From a virus, in the IMG/VR virus record IMGVR_UViG_3300025151_000019, positions 1 through 64,000 of that record: DNA of 64,000 bases. One strand, 5' to 3'. The notes beneath the pieces were generated by a model, which was not told the DNA's origin, ran no database searches, and saw only the letters and a list, made by a program, of their open reading frames with translations. Each line of letters begins with the position of its first letter. Positions within the stretch are counted from its first letter, which is position 1. The position numbers and the translations under genes are program-made. Positions 16,995-26,570 of the stretch are shown here, piece by piece.

Positions 16995-19379
16995 ATGTCT
17001 TGGCAACTCATTCTAAAAGAAATTCCATTTAAAGTTAGGGATTTCCGAGCCATTGATAAAAAGGCGAAGAAGATTTGGAATGATGGAGGGCGTAAGGAAG
17101 AATTATCTAAAATTATTGTTAGATTAATTAGAGAAAAATACAATACTTCTGATGAAGAATTAATGGAAGATTTTAAAAAGTATTTAGAAACATTATCAGG
17201 GTATGCTCAAACCTCAAGAGTTAGAAGTAAGCAAAAGTATGATAGGTTTGAAGAAAGAAAGCCGTTATCACCACAAACAGACCCTAATTATCAACAAACA
17301 ATTAGGGAACTTGATAAGAGAGATGAAATTGTTGATGAATTAACAACATTGTTTGGAACAATTTTAGCACAAGACACTTCTACTCCTGATGAGGAAATTA
17401 TTCGCCAGTTTGATAAATTTAAAGATAAACTTGAAAGAGAGGAAAAGAGAAGAGAATTGAAAGACACCACTCCTAAGAAAAGGCGCAGAAAAACTAAACC
17501 TAAAGTAAAAACAGGAAAACTTGATTCTTTTGAAGACTCTTTTCCTAAAAGTGCACAAATGTTTAGAGAGTGGGTTGAATCTTCTTATCTTTCCATTTCG
17601 TTTTCAAAATTAAATAGATTGCTCAGTTTGGTTGGCTCTCCTACTATTAGTAATGATGAAACTATTGGTAGATTAAAGAAATTTATTAAAGATGAAAAAT
17701 TGAGCAATAAAGATAAAACTGCTCTAACCGCTATTGCTGACCAAATGGTAAAGGAGAATAATGAAAAACCAAGAAGCAACAGAAGATTATCTGGTAATGT
17801 CGTTCAAGCAAGAGCATTAGGATTAGATATTGCTAAGAGAAGTAGTATGAACAAAACCAATTTAGTGATTAGATTTGGTGATGATAGAAAAATAGAAATT
17901 AAAGGAAAACAAAGAAATTTCTTAGATAATTTTGAAAGATTAGATTTAACTAATGATAGTTTTTATAATAATCCAAATACCAGAGATATTTTTGAATATT
18001 GGGTAAAGGAATCTGGGTATACAGGTTCTGCTGAAAAATTTATTAAATTAGATGCTTTAGAAAAAAGCAAATATATTAAAAATATTATGAGAAATATTCC
18101 AGAATATCCTACAAATGTTATTAAAGTTGGTCTTTTGTATAGAGATATGTTTGAAGATAATCAAGCAGGACTTATTATTGATAAGGAAAAAGCCCCTGAA
18201 GAATTTGCTTATTTTCTTCAAGGTTTGAGAGATGGACTTATGGGTGGTAAATCGGCAAGAACGGCATTTGATTTTAACATTCTCAAGAAATTTAACAATC
18301 GTATTTTACCTCAACTTATTGATGCTATTAAGAGAGGTGTTTTCGTTGATGCAGAAGGAGAGCGTCAATTTAGATTAGGTCCTCCTGTTTCTAAATTAAT
18401 GAACAGGTTAAGTAAAGACCAAGAAGATAAAAGCGAAATTATTTCTGTTATTGGAGATGTTATCCGAGGGCAAAATATTTCAAATAAATATCAAGGTTCA
18501 GATAAAGATACTCTTGCTAAAATTGAATCAGATATTAGAGACCAATTAAAAGAAAAGGTTGCTGGTAAAACGGTAGCCTCATATTTACTTTCCACATTTA
18601 CTAAATTGTATAAAAAGGAAGGTATTTTAAGTAGTATTCTGAATGCCAAAACTGTTATTCCTGTTGAATATCTTAAACCTTCTGATGTGCCTGAAAAAGA
18701 AAGTCCTATGGGTAAAAAGCCTAAATATATACCCGACCCTAATAAAAAGGTGAAACCTCCAAAAGACCCTCCAAAAGCAGGTAAAAAATTATTTGAATGG
18801 GTTGATAAAGAAACTGAAAGACTTCAAGCAATTTCAGATGATAAAGAAAATGATATAACCTACACCGAAGAAGATATTCATAGAATAGTGGGTTGGAAAA
18901 AAGGAACGGTTAAAGAAATAAAACGCGGACCTACTGGAGAAATAATTCGTGATAAAGATGGTAATGCCGTTGAAGTGGAAAGAGAAAAATACATTAAATA
19001 TAATCCTAAAGAGGAGACAAAAAAATCTCTTGACAATCTATTGGTAGCCATCGGTGAAGAAGATGAAATTATTATCAAAGAGGATATTGGTCTTATCCTT
19101 GAGTCCCTTGACAAAAAGCAGAAGAAAAAAGTTAAGGCAATTTTAAATATCGCAGACCCCACAGAATACTTTGGACACGATTTCCTCAAGTTATCCGAAC
19201 TGATTCGTTTGTTGAAAACATTAGGCGTTGTAAAGGGCGACAAAAAGTTAAACAAAAAGATTTTGAGATATGACGAAGAAAATGTGAAGGTAGTAAAGTT
19301 GGCCGCAAGACTAAGAAAGGATTATGAAAGACTTTACGATGATTTGAGAGAAATGATATACCCTAAGAGTGGTGAATAA
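16995..19379 (+). CDS. Large hypothetical protein (794 aa) with MSWQLILK start
   Basis: Long ORF with basic and Pro-rich patches. Confidence 0.8.
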   Translation: MSWQLILKEIPFKVRDFRAIDKKAKKIWNDGGRKEELSKIIVRLIREKYNTSDEELMEDFKKYLETLSGYAQTSRVRSKQKYDRFEERKPLSPQTDPNYQQTIRELDKRDEIVDELTTLFGTILAQDTSTPDEEIIRQFDKFKDKLEREEKRRELKDTTPKKRRRKTKPKVKTGKLDSFEDSFPKSAQMFREWVESSYLSISFSKLNRLLSLVGSPTISNDETIGRLKKFIKDEKLSNKDKTALTAIADQMVKENNEKPRSNRRLSGNVVQARALGLDIAKRSSMNKTNLVIRFGDDRKIEIKGKQRNFLDNFERLDLTNDSFYNNPNTRDIFEYWVKESGYTGSAEKFIKLDALEKSKYIKNIMRNIPEYPTNVIKVGLLYRDMFEDNQAGLIIDKEKAPEEFAYFLQGLRDGLMGGKSARTAFDFNILKKFNNRILPQLIDAIKRGVFVDAEGERQFRLGPPVSKLMNRLSKDQEDKSEIISVIGDVIRGQNISNKYQGSDKDTLAKIESDIRDQLKEKVAGKTVASYLLSTFTKLYKKEGILSSILNAKTVIPVEYLKPSDVPEKESPMGKKPKYIPDPNKKVKPPKDPPKAGKKLFEWVDKETERLQAISDDKENDITYTEEDIHRIVGWKKGTVKEIKRGPTGEIIRDKDGNAVEVEREKYIKYNPKEETKKSLDNLLVAIGEEDEIIIKEDIGLILESLDKKQKKKVKAILNIADPTEYFGHDFLKLSELIRLLKTLGVVKGDKKLNKKILRYDEENVKVVKLAARLRKDYERLYDDLREMIYPKSGE

Positions 19380-19380
19380 A

Positions 19381-19608
19381 ATGGATGAAGAATTGACATT
19401 ATTATTGAAAGAATTAGTAGAGAGAGTCAAGACCTTAGAAACAACCGTCTTTGATAGAGACAATGTGCTAATGAAGTCTGGTCTTGTAAAAGTTGAGAGC
19501 CAAGCACCGTCTATTCAAACGGCGGGAAGAATCCCATCAGCCGATACAATCGCAAAGATGGATTGGAAGGATATTGACGAACTTGTTGTTAGATTAAGTG
19601 GTGAGTAA
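19381..19608 (+). CDS. Small scaffold-like protein ending IAKMDWKDIDELV
   Basis: C-terminus resembles the prohead protease/scaffold C-terminus. Confidence 0.7.
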   Translation: MDEELTLLLKELVERVKTLETTVFDRDNVLMKSGLVKVESQAPSIQTAGRIPSADTIAKMDWKDIDELVVRLSGE

Positions 19609-19609
19609 A

Positions 19610-20242
19610 ATGGATTGGGAAAGTAAAACAGATGTAACTATGGACTTTACGGCAGATGCAAGAGGAGAAGATAAAGTTACTGCGGTATTAACGCAATTAA
19701 TTGAAGTTGGAAATTTGATTTCAAATCATCTTGGTAGTCATATTGACCCAAGTGCAAAGGCTACAAGTGGAAAGGCTAAGACTCCTCAACAAGTTGATGT
19801 TACGAGAATGGCTATGAAACCATTAACTGAAGCACAAGAAAAGACGGCTGGTAGTGTATACAAAAATAGACAAATGCCTACACGAGATTATACAGGCCGA
19901 ATAATTTCTAAAGAAGATATTGACGATGTTGTTGATGATAATATGGATGAATATCTAAGAAGGAATCCTGATGAAAGAAGAAGAGATGAAGTTAATGATG
20001 ATGAAGAAAAGGTTTTATTAACACTAACGAGATTTGGTGATGATGAAGAAAAACTTAATCCTGCTATGACCGCACTCTCCATGTTGGATAATGAGGAAAA
20101 GGCTATGGCTAATCCTCTTTCTACTTCGGAAGGTAAAGCACTTCTTTCTGCTCTTAATGAAGCCGCAAATAAACTCCGAGCATTTTTATCAACAACGAGA
20201 GTTGATGCAAGTTCAGCACAAATGCCCCAAGATATGCGCTGA
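19610..20242 (+). CDS. Hypothetical protein with DDEEK/NEEK repeats; core/scaffold-like
   Basis: MDWESK start; three acidic-Lys repeats. Confidence 0.7.
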   Translation: MDWESKTDVTMDFTADARGEDKVTAVLTQLIEVGNLISNHLGSHIDPSAKATSGKAKTPQQVDVTRMAMKPLTEAQEKTAGSVYKNRQMPTRDYTGRIISKEDIDDVVDDNMDEYLRRNPDERRRDEVNDDEEKVLLTLTRFGDDEEKLNPAMTALSMLDNEEKAMANPLSTSEGKALLSALNEAANKLRAFLSTTRVDASSAQMPQDMR

Positions 20243-20251
20243 GGTGTTTAA

Positions 20252-22990
20252 TTGCCTCCAGAAACGGGTAGGATTGACCCTTTATCAAGGTCATTAAGAA
20301 GTCTTTATGATAAGGTTAGAGTTGCATATTTAAGTGCAAGAGAAAGACCTAAGGATTACAAAGACGAATGGAATAAAGTCATTGAAGAAATTCGTGATAA
20401 TTGGGATAGCCCTAACCCTATTGGTGATTTATTAAGAGATGAATTATCCGAATCGTTAATTTATAGCGAAGAGGTAAAAGACCCTCAAGGTGCTAAAGCA
20501 AAAAGAGTTTATCAAAATATTAAGGAAGTTCAAGAACAGACCTCATTAAGTAAAGACCCGTTTAGAAAGAAATTTGGTGAAAAATTACCAAAGTTACTGC
20601 TTAACAATACTCAAGTATATGCTATGTTTTTGCATTGGGCATATAGAGCAGGTCGTGGTGCTTTAGATGGATGGGATGAAGTAGGAGATTTAAAGGATGA
20701 TTTTACAGAAGGTTATGTCGGTTTAGATTTAACAGATGGAGAATTGTTTAGATGGCTTCAGAAAAATTATGGCGACGATGTTGATGTTAAAAGGTTAAAG
20801 CGTAAAATGCAACCAGCAAGAGAAATGCTTTACGAGGTTTATACAAAGGAAAATAGTGCTTCTTCTTGGCAGGAATTAACAGATACTAAGAGAATTTTAA
20901 AACAGGAAAAAATTATTACTGTTAATCAAATTAGATATATGACTGATGATGGTTATAAAAAAGTAAATGTTAATCATATTTTAACATATGAAGATTTAAA
21001 TTTAAATGAAGAATCTTCCGTTGATGAAATAGAAGATGCTATTTTAGATTATTTATCAGGTGTTGAGCCTTATTTAGTTGATGAATTTAATTATACTATC
21101 GGTAGTCAAGGCGACCCAGATTTTTCTACTAAGAATGCTATGCTTAAGGAGGACAAGGAATTAAACGATTTTATTATTCCCAACAAACCTATGTATCGCA
21201 TCTTTGAAATTGACGATATGAAAGAAATTAAGGGCTTTTCAGGAGATTATGTTGTCCAAGAAAAGTATGACGGTATGCGTATTCAAATTCACAAGAATAA
21301 GGAAATTAAAATTTATTCTTTTAACCAAAGAGATATTACCAGAAAGTTTGACAAACAAGTAGAACTTATGCGTAATGATGATTTCCCTGAATGTATTTTA
21401 GATGCCGAAGTTGTTCTTTATGAAAATGATGAACCACTACATAGAGCAGATACTATTTCATACATTAATTCTAAGAAAGACGATTCCGCCTTTGAATTAA
21501 GAGTTCATGTGTTTGATATTATTCGTCTTAACGGAGAACACATTTGGAAGAACAAATTAGAAGAAAGACTTCAAACCTTAATGGGTAATTTTAACAAAGT
21601 TTCTCATAGACAATTACAATTTCCTACAAAATCCAATACCAGATTTGCAGACTCATTAGAGGACATTGAAGAATACGCTATGGAAATTATGAAAAATCCT
21701 ACATCCGAAGGGGTAATTATTAAAGATGCTAAGTCTTCATATATTGTAGGTAAGAAGAAAAATCCAAAGTGGGTCAAATGGAAAAAATTTGTTGATTTGG
21801 ATTTATTAATTTTAGAGGTTAGAAAGAACAAAAATGGAACATTTAGTTATACATTGGGTGCTGGACCTTTAGGAGATGAAGAGTATAAACCCGTTGTTCG
21901 TTACAAAAATAAAGATTATCTAAATGTTGGTAAGGCTCTTAATACTAAAATTAAATCGGAAGAGGGTAATATCATCCGAGTTAAGGTTGATGAAGTTAAG
22001 AAAACAAAAAAGGGTTTCTCAATTTATAGTGCTAAGGTTATTGAAAAGCCCGAAGTTACTGAGCCAGAAAAAATTATTACCCTTGAGTTTTTATCTAAAG
22101 ACAATAAAAAATCTGCATCTGATTATGCAATTGAAGCCCTTACAAAATCATATTCAATCACAGATAATGTTCACGGTGTTGTAGATTTAAACACATCCTA
22201 TGATACAGAAGGATTTGTTTTATCAGGATTTTTACAAAATAATTTAATGGCTAAAAATGCTATGATAGATATTGATTTGTGGAAACAAGAACTTGCTCAA
22301 ATTTACAAAAAAGATAGTGGTAAATTAATGAGTATTATTTCTGAAATTGTATATGAGGGTGAAATTACAAAACAGGACTTAATTAAGAAATTAAAAGAAA
22401 AGGCACCTGATATTATTAAGAGAATTTTTTCTGATGGGGATATTGAAAAGGGCTTGGCTAAATATATTAAAGAAAGAGGTGAAGCCTTTGGTATTTTATA
22501 CAATAAAGAGAGGCAGAAGTTTTATCATGACGATAAAACATTAGTCAAAGACCCAGAAAATATCGGAAAGATGGAAGATAATACCTATGAAATTTGGAGA
22601 AGAGAGGACGGAGATTTAAATTTTATTTATCAAATTAAAGAAAAAACATTTGCGTGGCGCATTGAGCAGGATAAAATTGAGGATATGTATGAATTGTTCG
22701 GAAAGGCTGAACGATTTTTGGCTGAATATGATAAAGAACCACAGAAGGATAAGAAGGTTGATGAGGGAACAATTAAAATTGGTTCTCAAAGAGATGGCTA
22801 TCACGAATATTTCCTAAAGGGTAAAATGTATTCGGGTAAGATTCATTTCCGAATTGTTAAAATTATGGAAGAAGATAAGTGGATTGTCTTTACTGGATAT
22901 AAAGAAGAGCCAACAGACAAAGATAGTGATGAAGGATTGTGGGATATTTCGGAAGATAAATATATAAATATTACATTTTCTGAAGAATAA
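20252..22990 (+). CDS. lig: Multidomain ATP-dependent DNA ligase with N-terminal extension and C-terminal LigD phosphoesterase-like domain
   Basis: Motif I EKYDG, III ILDAEVV, IIIa VFDII, IV EGVIIK, V WVKWK, then OB domain; TTG start after GAGGTG. Confidence 0.88.
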   Translation: MPPETGRIDPLSRSLRSLYDKVRVAYLSARERPKDYKDEWNKVIEEIRDNWDSPNPIGDLLRDELSESLIYSEEVKDPQGAKAKRVYQNIKEVQEQTSLSKDPFRKKFGEKLPKLLLNNTQVYAMFLHWAYRAGRGALDGWDEVGDLKDDFTEGYVGLDLTDGELFRWLQKNYGDDVDVKRLKRKMQPAREMLYEVYTKENSASSWQELTDTKRILKQEKIITVNQIRYMTDDGYKKVNVNHILTYEDLNLNEESSVDEIEDAILDYLSGVEPYLVDEFNYTIGSQGDPDFSTKNAMLKEDKELNDFIIPNKPMYRIFEIDDMKEIKGFSGDYVVQEKYDGMRIQIHKNKEIKIYSFNQRDITRKFDKQVELMRNDDFPECILDAEVVLYENDEPLHRADTISYINSKKDDSAFELRVHVFDIIRLNGEHIWKNKLEERLQTLMGNFNKVSHRQLQFPTKSNTRFADSLEDIEEYAMEIMKNPTSEGVIIKDAKSSYIVGKKKNPKWVKWKKFVDLDLLILEVRKNKNGTFSYTLGAGPLGDEEYKPVVRYKNKDYLNVGKALNTKIKSEEGNIIRVKVDEVKKTKKGFSIYSAKVIEKPEVTEPEKIITLEFLSKDNKKSASDYAIEALTKSYSITDNVHGVVDLNTSYDTEGFVLSGFLQNNLMAKNAMIDIDLWKQELAQIYKKDSGKLMSIISEIVYEGEITKQDLIKKLKEKAPDIIKRIFSDGDIEKGLAKYIKERGEAFGILYNKERQKFYHDDKTLVKDPENIGKMEDNTYEIWRREDGDLNFIYQIKEKTFAWRIEQDKIEDMYELFGKAERFLAEYDKEPQKDKKVDEGTIKIGSQRDGYHEYFLKGKMYSGKIHFRIVKIMEEDKWIVFTGYKEEPTDKDSDEGLWDISEDKYINITFSEE

Positions 22991-22999
22991 CCCTATTCC

Positions 23000-23010
23000 T
23001 TTATATAATA
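23000..23010 (+). promoter_or_regulatory. Putative archaeal TATA box for the protease-capsid operon
   Basis: TTTATATAATA 20-30 nt upstream of ATG 23030, which has no SD (leaderless spacing). Confidence 0.5.
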
Positions 23011-23029
23011 GTTAAACAGATGTATTAAC

Positions 23030-24268
23030 ATGACTCTTAGGGTAAAGCCGATTCGTCTGGGAAACAAACCCTCTTCAGGTTCGGAATTAGTTATTCTTAA
23101 GGGAACAGGAAAGGATATGGTTATTGCTGGATATGCATCCGTGGATGTAGTAGATAAGCAAAACGATTTAATTACATTAGAAGCACTAAGAGATGCTTCG
23201 GACAAATTTATGAAGAGTGATTATAAGAATGTAATGATTACTCATTCAAATGTGCAGGTGGGAGAAGTTATTGACACCTATACAGATACAAAAGGCAATG
23301 TTCTAAAAACGGGCGTTGATGATACAGGATTCTTTGTTGTTATCAAAATGAGGAACGACATTGAGAAAGCGAAGGAGGTTAGCCGTGATATTAGAAGAGG
23401 CAAACTTCGCTCTTTCAGCATCGGTGGACAGGCTATTAACAAGCACAATGTTCACGACCCCGATATTGGAACATACAAAGAAATAGATAAATTAGAACTC
23501 CACGAAATCACTATTTGTGAAGAAGGGATTAACCCTGAAGCCAAATTTGAGATTGTGAAAGAAAACAAAAAAGGAAGTGAAACTATGACTGACGAAATTA
23601 GTAAGGCTTTGGCCGAATTTGAAGACCTCGTTTCTCAACTACGAAATCAAACGATTTTGAAGGATGATTCAGACGATGAAAAGATGTATGCCGACAAAGA
23701 AAAGATGGAAGACGACGATGAGGAAAACATGGAATACAAGGCTGAAGACGACGATGAAGAGATGATGGATGATACCGAAGAAAAGGCGATTGATTCCACC
23801 GTTTATGGACACAATGCAACGGGACAAAAAATGGGTGAGGCTAACCTTACGGGTCGTTATGATTCGGAATTTAGCCAATTCCTTGCCCGAAAGTCCGAAC
23901 AAATTCAAACGCTTGACCTTTCCGATGAAAATATCGCAAAGGCTTATGCTCAATTCAAGGCCGAAAAGGAAGAAGAGAGAGCATATGATGTTATCAAGGA
24001 ACAATTTGAGGCTCGCTATCAGGCTGAATTAGCAACTGAGGCAAACGCTATTGCAAAGGAGAACTATGATGCACACGCTGAAGTGGCCGCATTAAAGAAC
24101 GAATTTGCACAACTGCGAAAGTCGCTTAACTCCCATAAGGAAGTTATTGCAAAGCAGGCTGTCCCAACCACGCAACCAGCAATTAGTGAAGATGTTATTG
24201 CTAAGATGAACAACCTTCACGAAATGTCTTGGGATGAAATTAACGAATTGGTGCGTGAACTACAATAA
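23030..24268 (+). CDS. HK97-type prohead protease fused to scaffold domain
   Basis: IAGYASVDVVDKQND, His, SFSIGG, ELHEITIC..G.NPEA; acidic coiled-coil C-terminal half; directly upstream of MCP. Confidence 0.92.
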   Translation: MTLRVKPIRLGNKPSSGSELVILKGTGKDMVIAGYASVDVVDKQNDLITLEALRDASDKFMKSDYKNVMITHSNVQVGEVIDTYTDTKGNVLKTGVDDTGFFVVIKMRNDIEKAKEVSRDIRRGKLRSFSIGGQAINKHNVHDPDIGTYKEIDKLELHEITICEEGINPEAKFEIVKENKKGSETMTDEISKALAEFEDLVSQLRNQTILKDDSDDEKMYADKEKMEDDDEENMEYKAEDDDEEMMDDTEEKAIDSTVYGHNATGQKMGEANLTGRYDSEFSQFLARKSEQIQTLDLSDENIAKAYAQFKAEKEEERAYDVIKEQFEARYQAELATEANAIAKENYDAHAEVAALKNEFAQLRKSLNSHKEVIAKQAVPTTQPAISEDVIAKMNNLHEMSWDEINELVRELQ

Positions 24269-24282
24269 AGGAAGTGAAAAAA

Positions 24283-25608
24283 ATGTCAGGATTAAACCAA
24301 ATTAGAACAATTCAAGATTTAGAAGCCGCAACCTACGGCAACCTCGGAACCAACTCTCTTTTGAAGGGATATGGTATTGGGGCTGGTGTAAATACGGGCT
24401 TGCATACCGATTCTTCAACGGGCGCATTTAGCCCCAATGCACTTTATAACTTAGTGTATGGGCAAAAAGTGTGGTCTATGTTGAACCGAGAAATTAACGC
24501 TTTTGCTATGCTTCCTAAGAAGCCGTGGTCGTCAAGTGGTTGGCGAATTATGACTGAGCGAGCAATTGGTGGTGCTGGTGATACAATTAGTATTACTGGT
24601 GGAACTGGTCAAGGTTCAATTACTGAAGGTGTTATTGGTGGTGTTGCAGAAAACGCCGCATTTACTACCGCAGTTACTGATGCTTTTTCCCCTATTGCAC
24701 CTCGTTATGAAACGCTTTATGTTTCGCCTAAGACGATTGCACATCAGTTTGAATTAAGTGAACTTGCTGCTGCTATGGCTCAAATTGATGATGGTATCGG
24801 TGATTTAATGGCCGCATACCGTGAAGAAGTCGGTGTTACTCACGCAGAAATGATGAATCATATGCTTTTGACTCCTCTTGAAAGCATGGTTACTGGTTCA
24901 AACCCTGCTATGGTTACTGGAGTTACCAATAATATTACCTCCCTTTACAAGATTGTTTCTAACCAAGCAGAATTAGCAAATGCTGATGGTGGAAACCTGT
25001 TTAGCGGTGCTTATTCTCACGCTGATGCTGAGGAACTTAGAACGCTTTACGGTAAAGACCGATATAATAGCGGTGGCGTTGCCCTTACTTACATGGAGTC
25101 CTATGTGGATTACGGTGATTATTCTGGTAGCCGAAGACCTCTTACTTTGAATATGCTTAACACGGCTCTTCGTGAGTTGCAAATTCGTGGTGCTTCACCA
25201 AAGGTTATTCTTACGGGCTATGATACTATTCAGGCTCTTGGTGAATTACTCCAATCTCAAGAGAGATACATGGGTAGAACTGAAGTTATGCCTACCGTGA
25301 ATGGTATTAAGGGTGTTAAAGGCCGAGAAGTTGGTTTCAAGGTCGCTACTTATCACGACATTCCTATCATTCCTTGTAAGGAAATGGGTTCAACGGGAAG
25401 CGGCTCAGGTCTTTCGGATATTTTTATCCTTGATACCGACCATTTCCACTTCGCTACGCTTAAGCCAACCGAATACTTTGAGGGTGGTATTGATTCGGGC
25501 GACCCATTCGGTGTCGGAAAGTTGGGCAACCGAGGTATGTATAGAACCATCGGTGAAGTTGTCTGCACTTGGGTTAGAGCACAGGGTAAAATTACCAACC
25601 TCTCTTGA
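24283..25608 (+). CDS. Major capsid protein (HK97 fold)
   Basis: Follows the protease; ~440 aa; GGAAGTGA SD before ATG 24283; capsid-like ATYHDIPII and IFILD segments. Confidence 0.88.
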   Translation: MSGLNQIRTIQDLEAATYGNLGTNSLLKGYGIGAGVNTGLHTDSSTGAFSPNALYNLVYGQKVWSMLNREINAFAMLPKKPWSSSGWRIMTERAIGGAGDTISITGGTGQGSITEGVIGGVAENAAFTTAVTDAFSPIAPRYETLYVSPKTIAHQFELSELAAAMAQIDDGIGDLMAAYREEVGVTHAEMMNHMLLTPLESMVTGSNPAMVTGVTNNITSLYKIVSNQAELANADGGNLFSGAYSHADAEELRTLYGKDRYNSGGVALTYMESYVDYGDYSGSRRPLTLNMLNTALRELQIRGASPKVILTGYDTIQALGELLQSQERYMGRTEVMPTVNGIKGVKGREVGFKVATYHDIPIIPCKEMGSTGSGSGLSDIFILDTDHFHFATLKPTEYFEGGIDSGDPFGVGKLGNRGMYRTIGEVVCTWVRAQGKITNLS

Positions 25609-25639
25609 GGTTAATTGGTGAATTATAGAGGTGAATAAA

Positions 25640-26206
25640 ATGACAAATACTGTTACTTTAATTGCAGACCACTTGGGTTCTACAAGACCTCGTGTTCAAG
25701 GCACCGAATATGTTGTTGATGCTATTATTGACATTACCGATTTTGACGACGCAACAACCACTACTGGAACTTTTGACCATAACCTGAATACCTTTTTAAG
25801 AACTTCAGGAACTGCTCTACCTACTAATTTAATTGCAGGACAGAATGTAATTATTACCGATGCTGCCGATGGAGCAAACAACGCTACTGTTACTTTTGTT
25901 TCTCTTGTTGGTGATAACATGACTTTAAGTGCTGTTGATGCAAGCAGGGCTGGCGATGAAATTACTTTAACAATGGACCAAGAAGTTATTGCTTATTCTG
26001 ATTTTGGACTAACTAAAGTTACTCAAGCCTACATTTTAGGTCAAGAAACGGATGGTCTTAACTTTACGGTTGAATTGGGAACTGATGGAAATACGAAAAT
26101 TGCAGACCACTTGGTTTTGAAGTGTCATACGGCTTCTTCTGGTGCTCAAGCAACAGGAAATGTTGGGACTATTCGTGTTCGTTTAGTTGGACAAATTGGC
26201 CTTTGA
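25640..26206 (+). CDS. Putative minor capsid/decoration protein
   Basis: Beta-rich, directly after MCP. Confidence 0.5.
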   Translation: MTNTVTLIADHLGSTRPRVQGTEYVVDAIIDITDFDDATTTTGTFDHNLNTFLRTSGTALPTNLIAGQNVIITDAADGANNATVTFVSLVGDNMTLSAVDASRAGDEITLTMDQEVIAYSDFGLTKVTQAYILGQETDGLNFTVELGTDGNTKIADHLVLKCHTASSGAQATGNVGTIRVRLVGQIGL

Positions 26207-26215
26207 GGTGTTTAG

Positions 26216-26566
26216 ATGTTTCGCATTAGACATACATTGAGTCCTTGTAGGATTTATGGAACGCTTTATTACCCTAATACTTGGTATGAGGTTTCCCCTC
26301 AAGTCTACAATAAAGTCCGAAATGCCGCAGGTTGGGAAGTTGAATCTCTTGAAGAAGAAACGGTTGAGGCATCTGCTAATGAAACCGTTGAAGAAGTTGT
26401 GGAAGAAACCGTTGAAGAGGTTGAAGAAACCTTAGAAGTGGTTGATGAATCCATTGACTTGTCCACCTTGAAAAAGGCTGAATTACAGGCTCTTTGTGAT
26501 GAAAGAGGTATTGAATATAAACCTCTTGATACAAAGGCTAAGTTAATTTCCCTATTAGAAGATTGA
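26216..26566 (+). CDS. Acidic protein with C-terminal HeH/LEM(SAP)-like motif
   Basis: DLSTLKKAELQALCDERGIEY...TKAKLISLL; EETVEE repeats. Confidence 0.75.
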   Translation: MFRIRHTLSPCRIYGTLYYPNTWYEVSPQVYNKVRNAAGWEVESLEEETVEASANETVEEVVEETVEEVEETLEVVDESIDLSTLKKAELQALCDERGIEYKPLDTKAKLISLLED

Positions 26567-26570
26567 ATTG

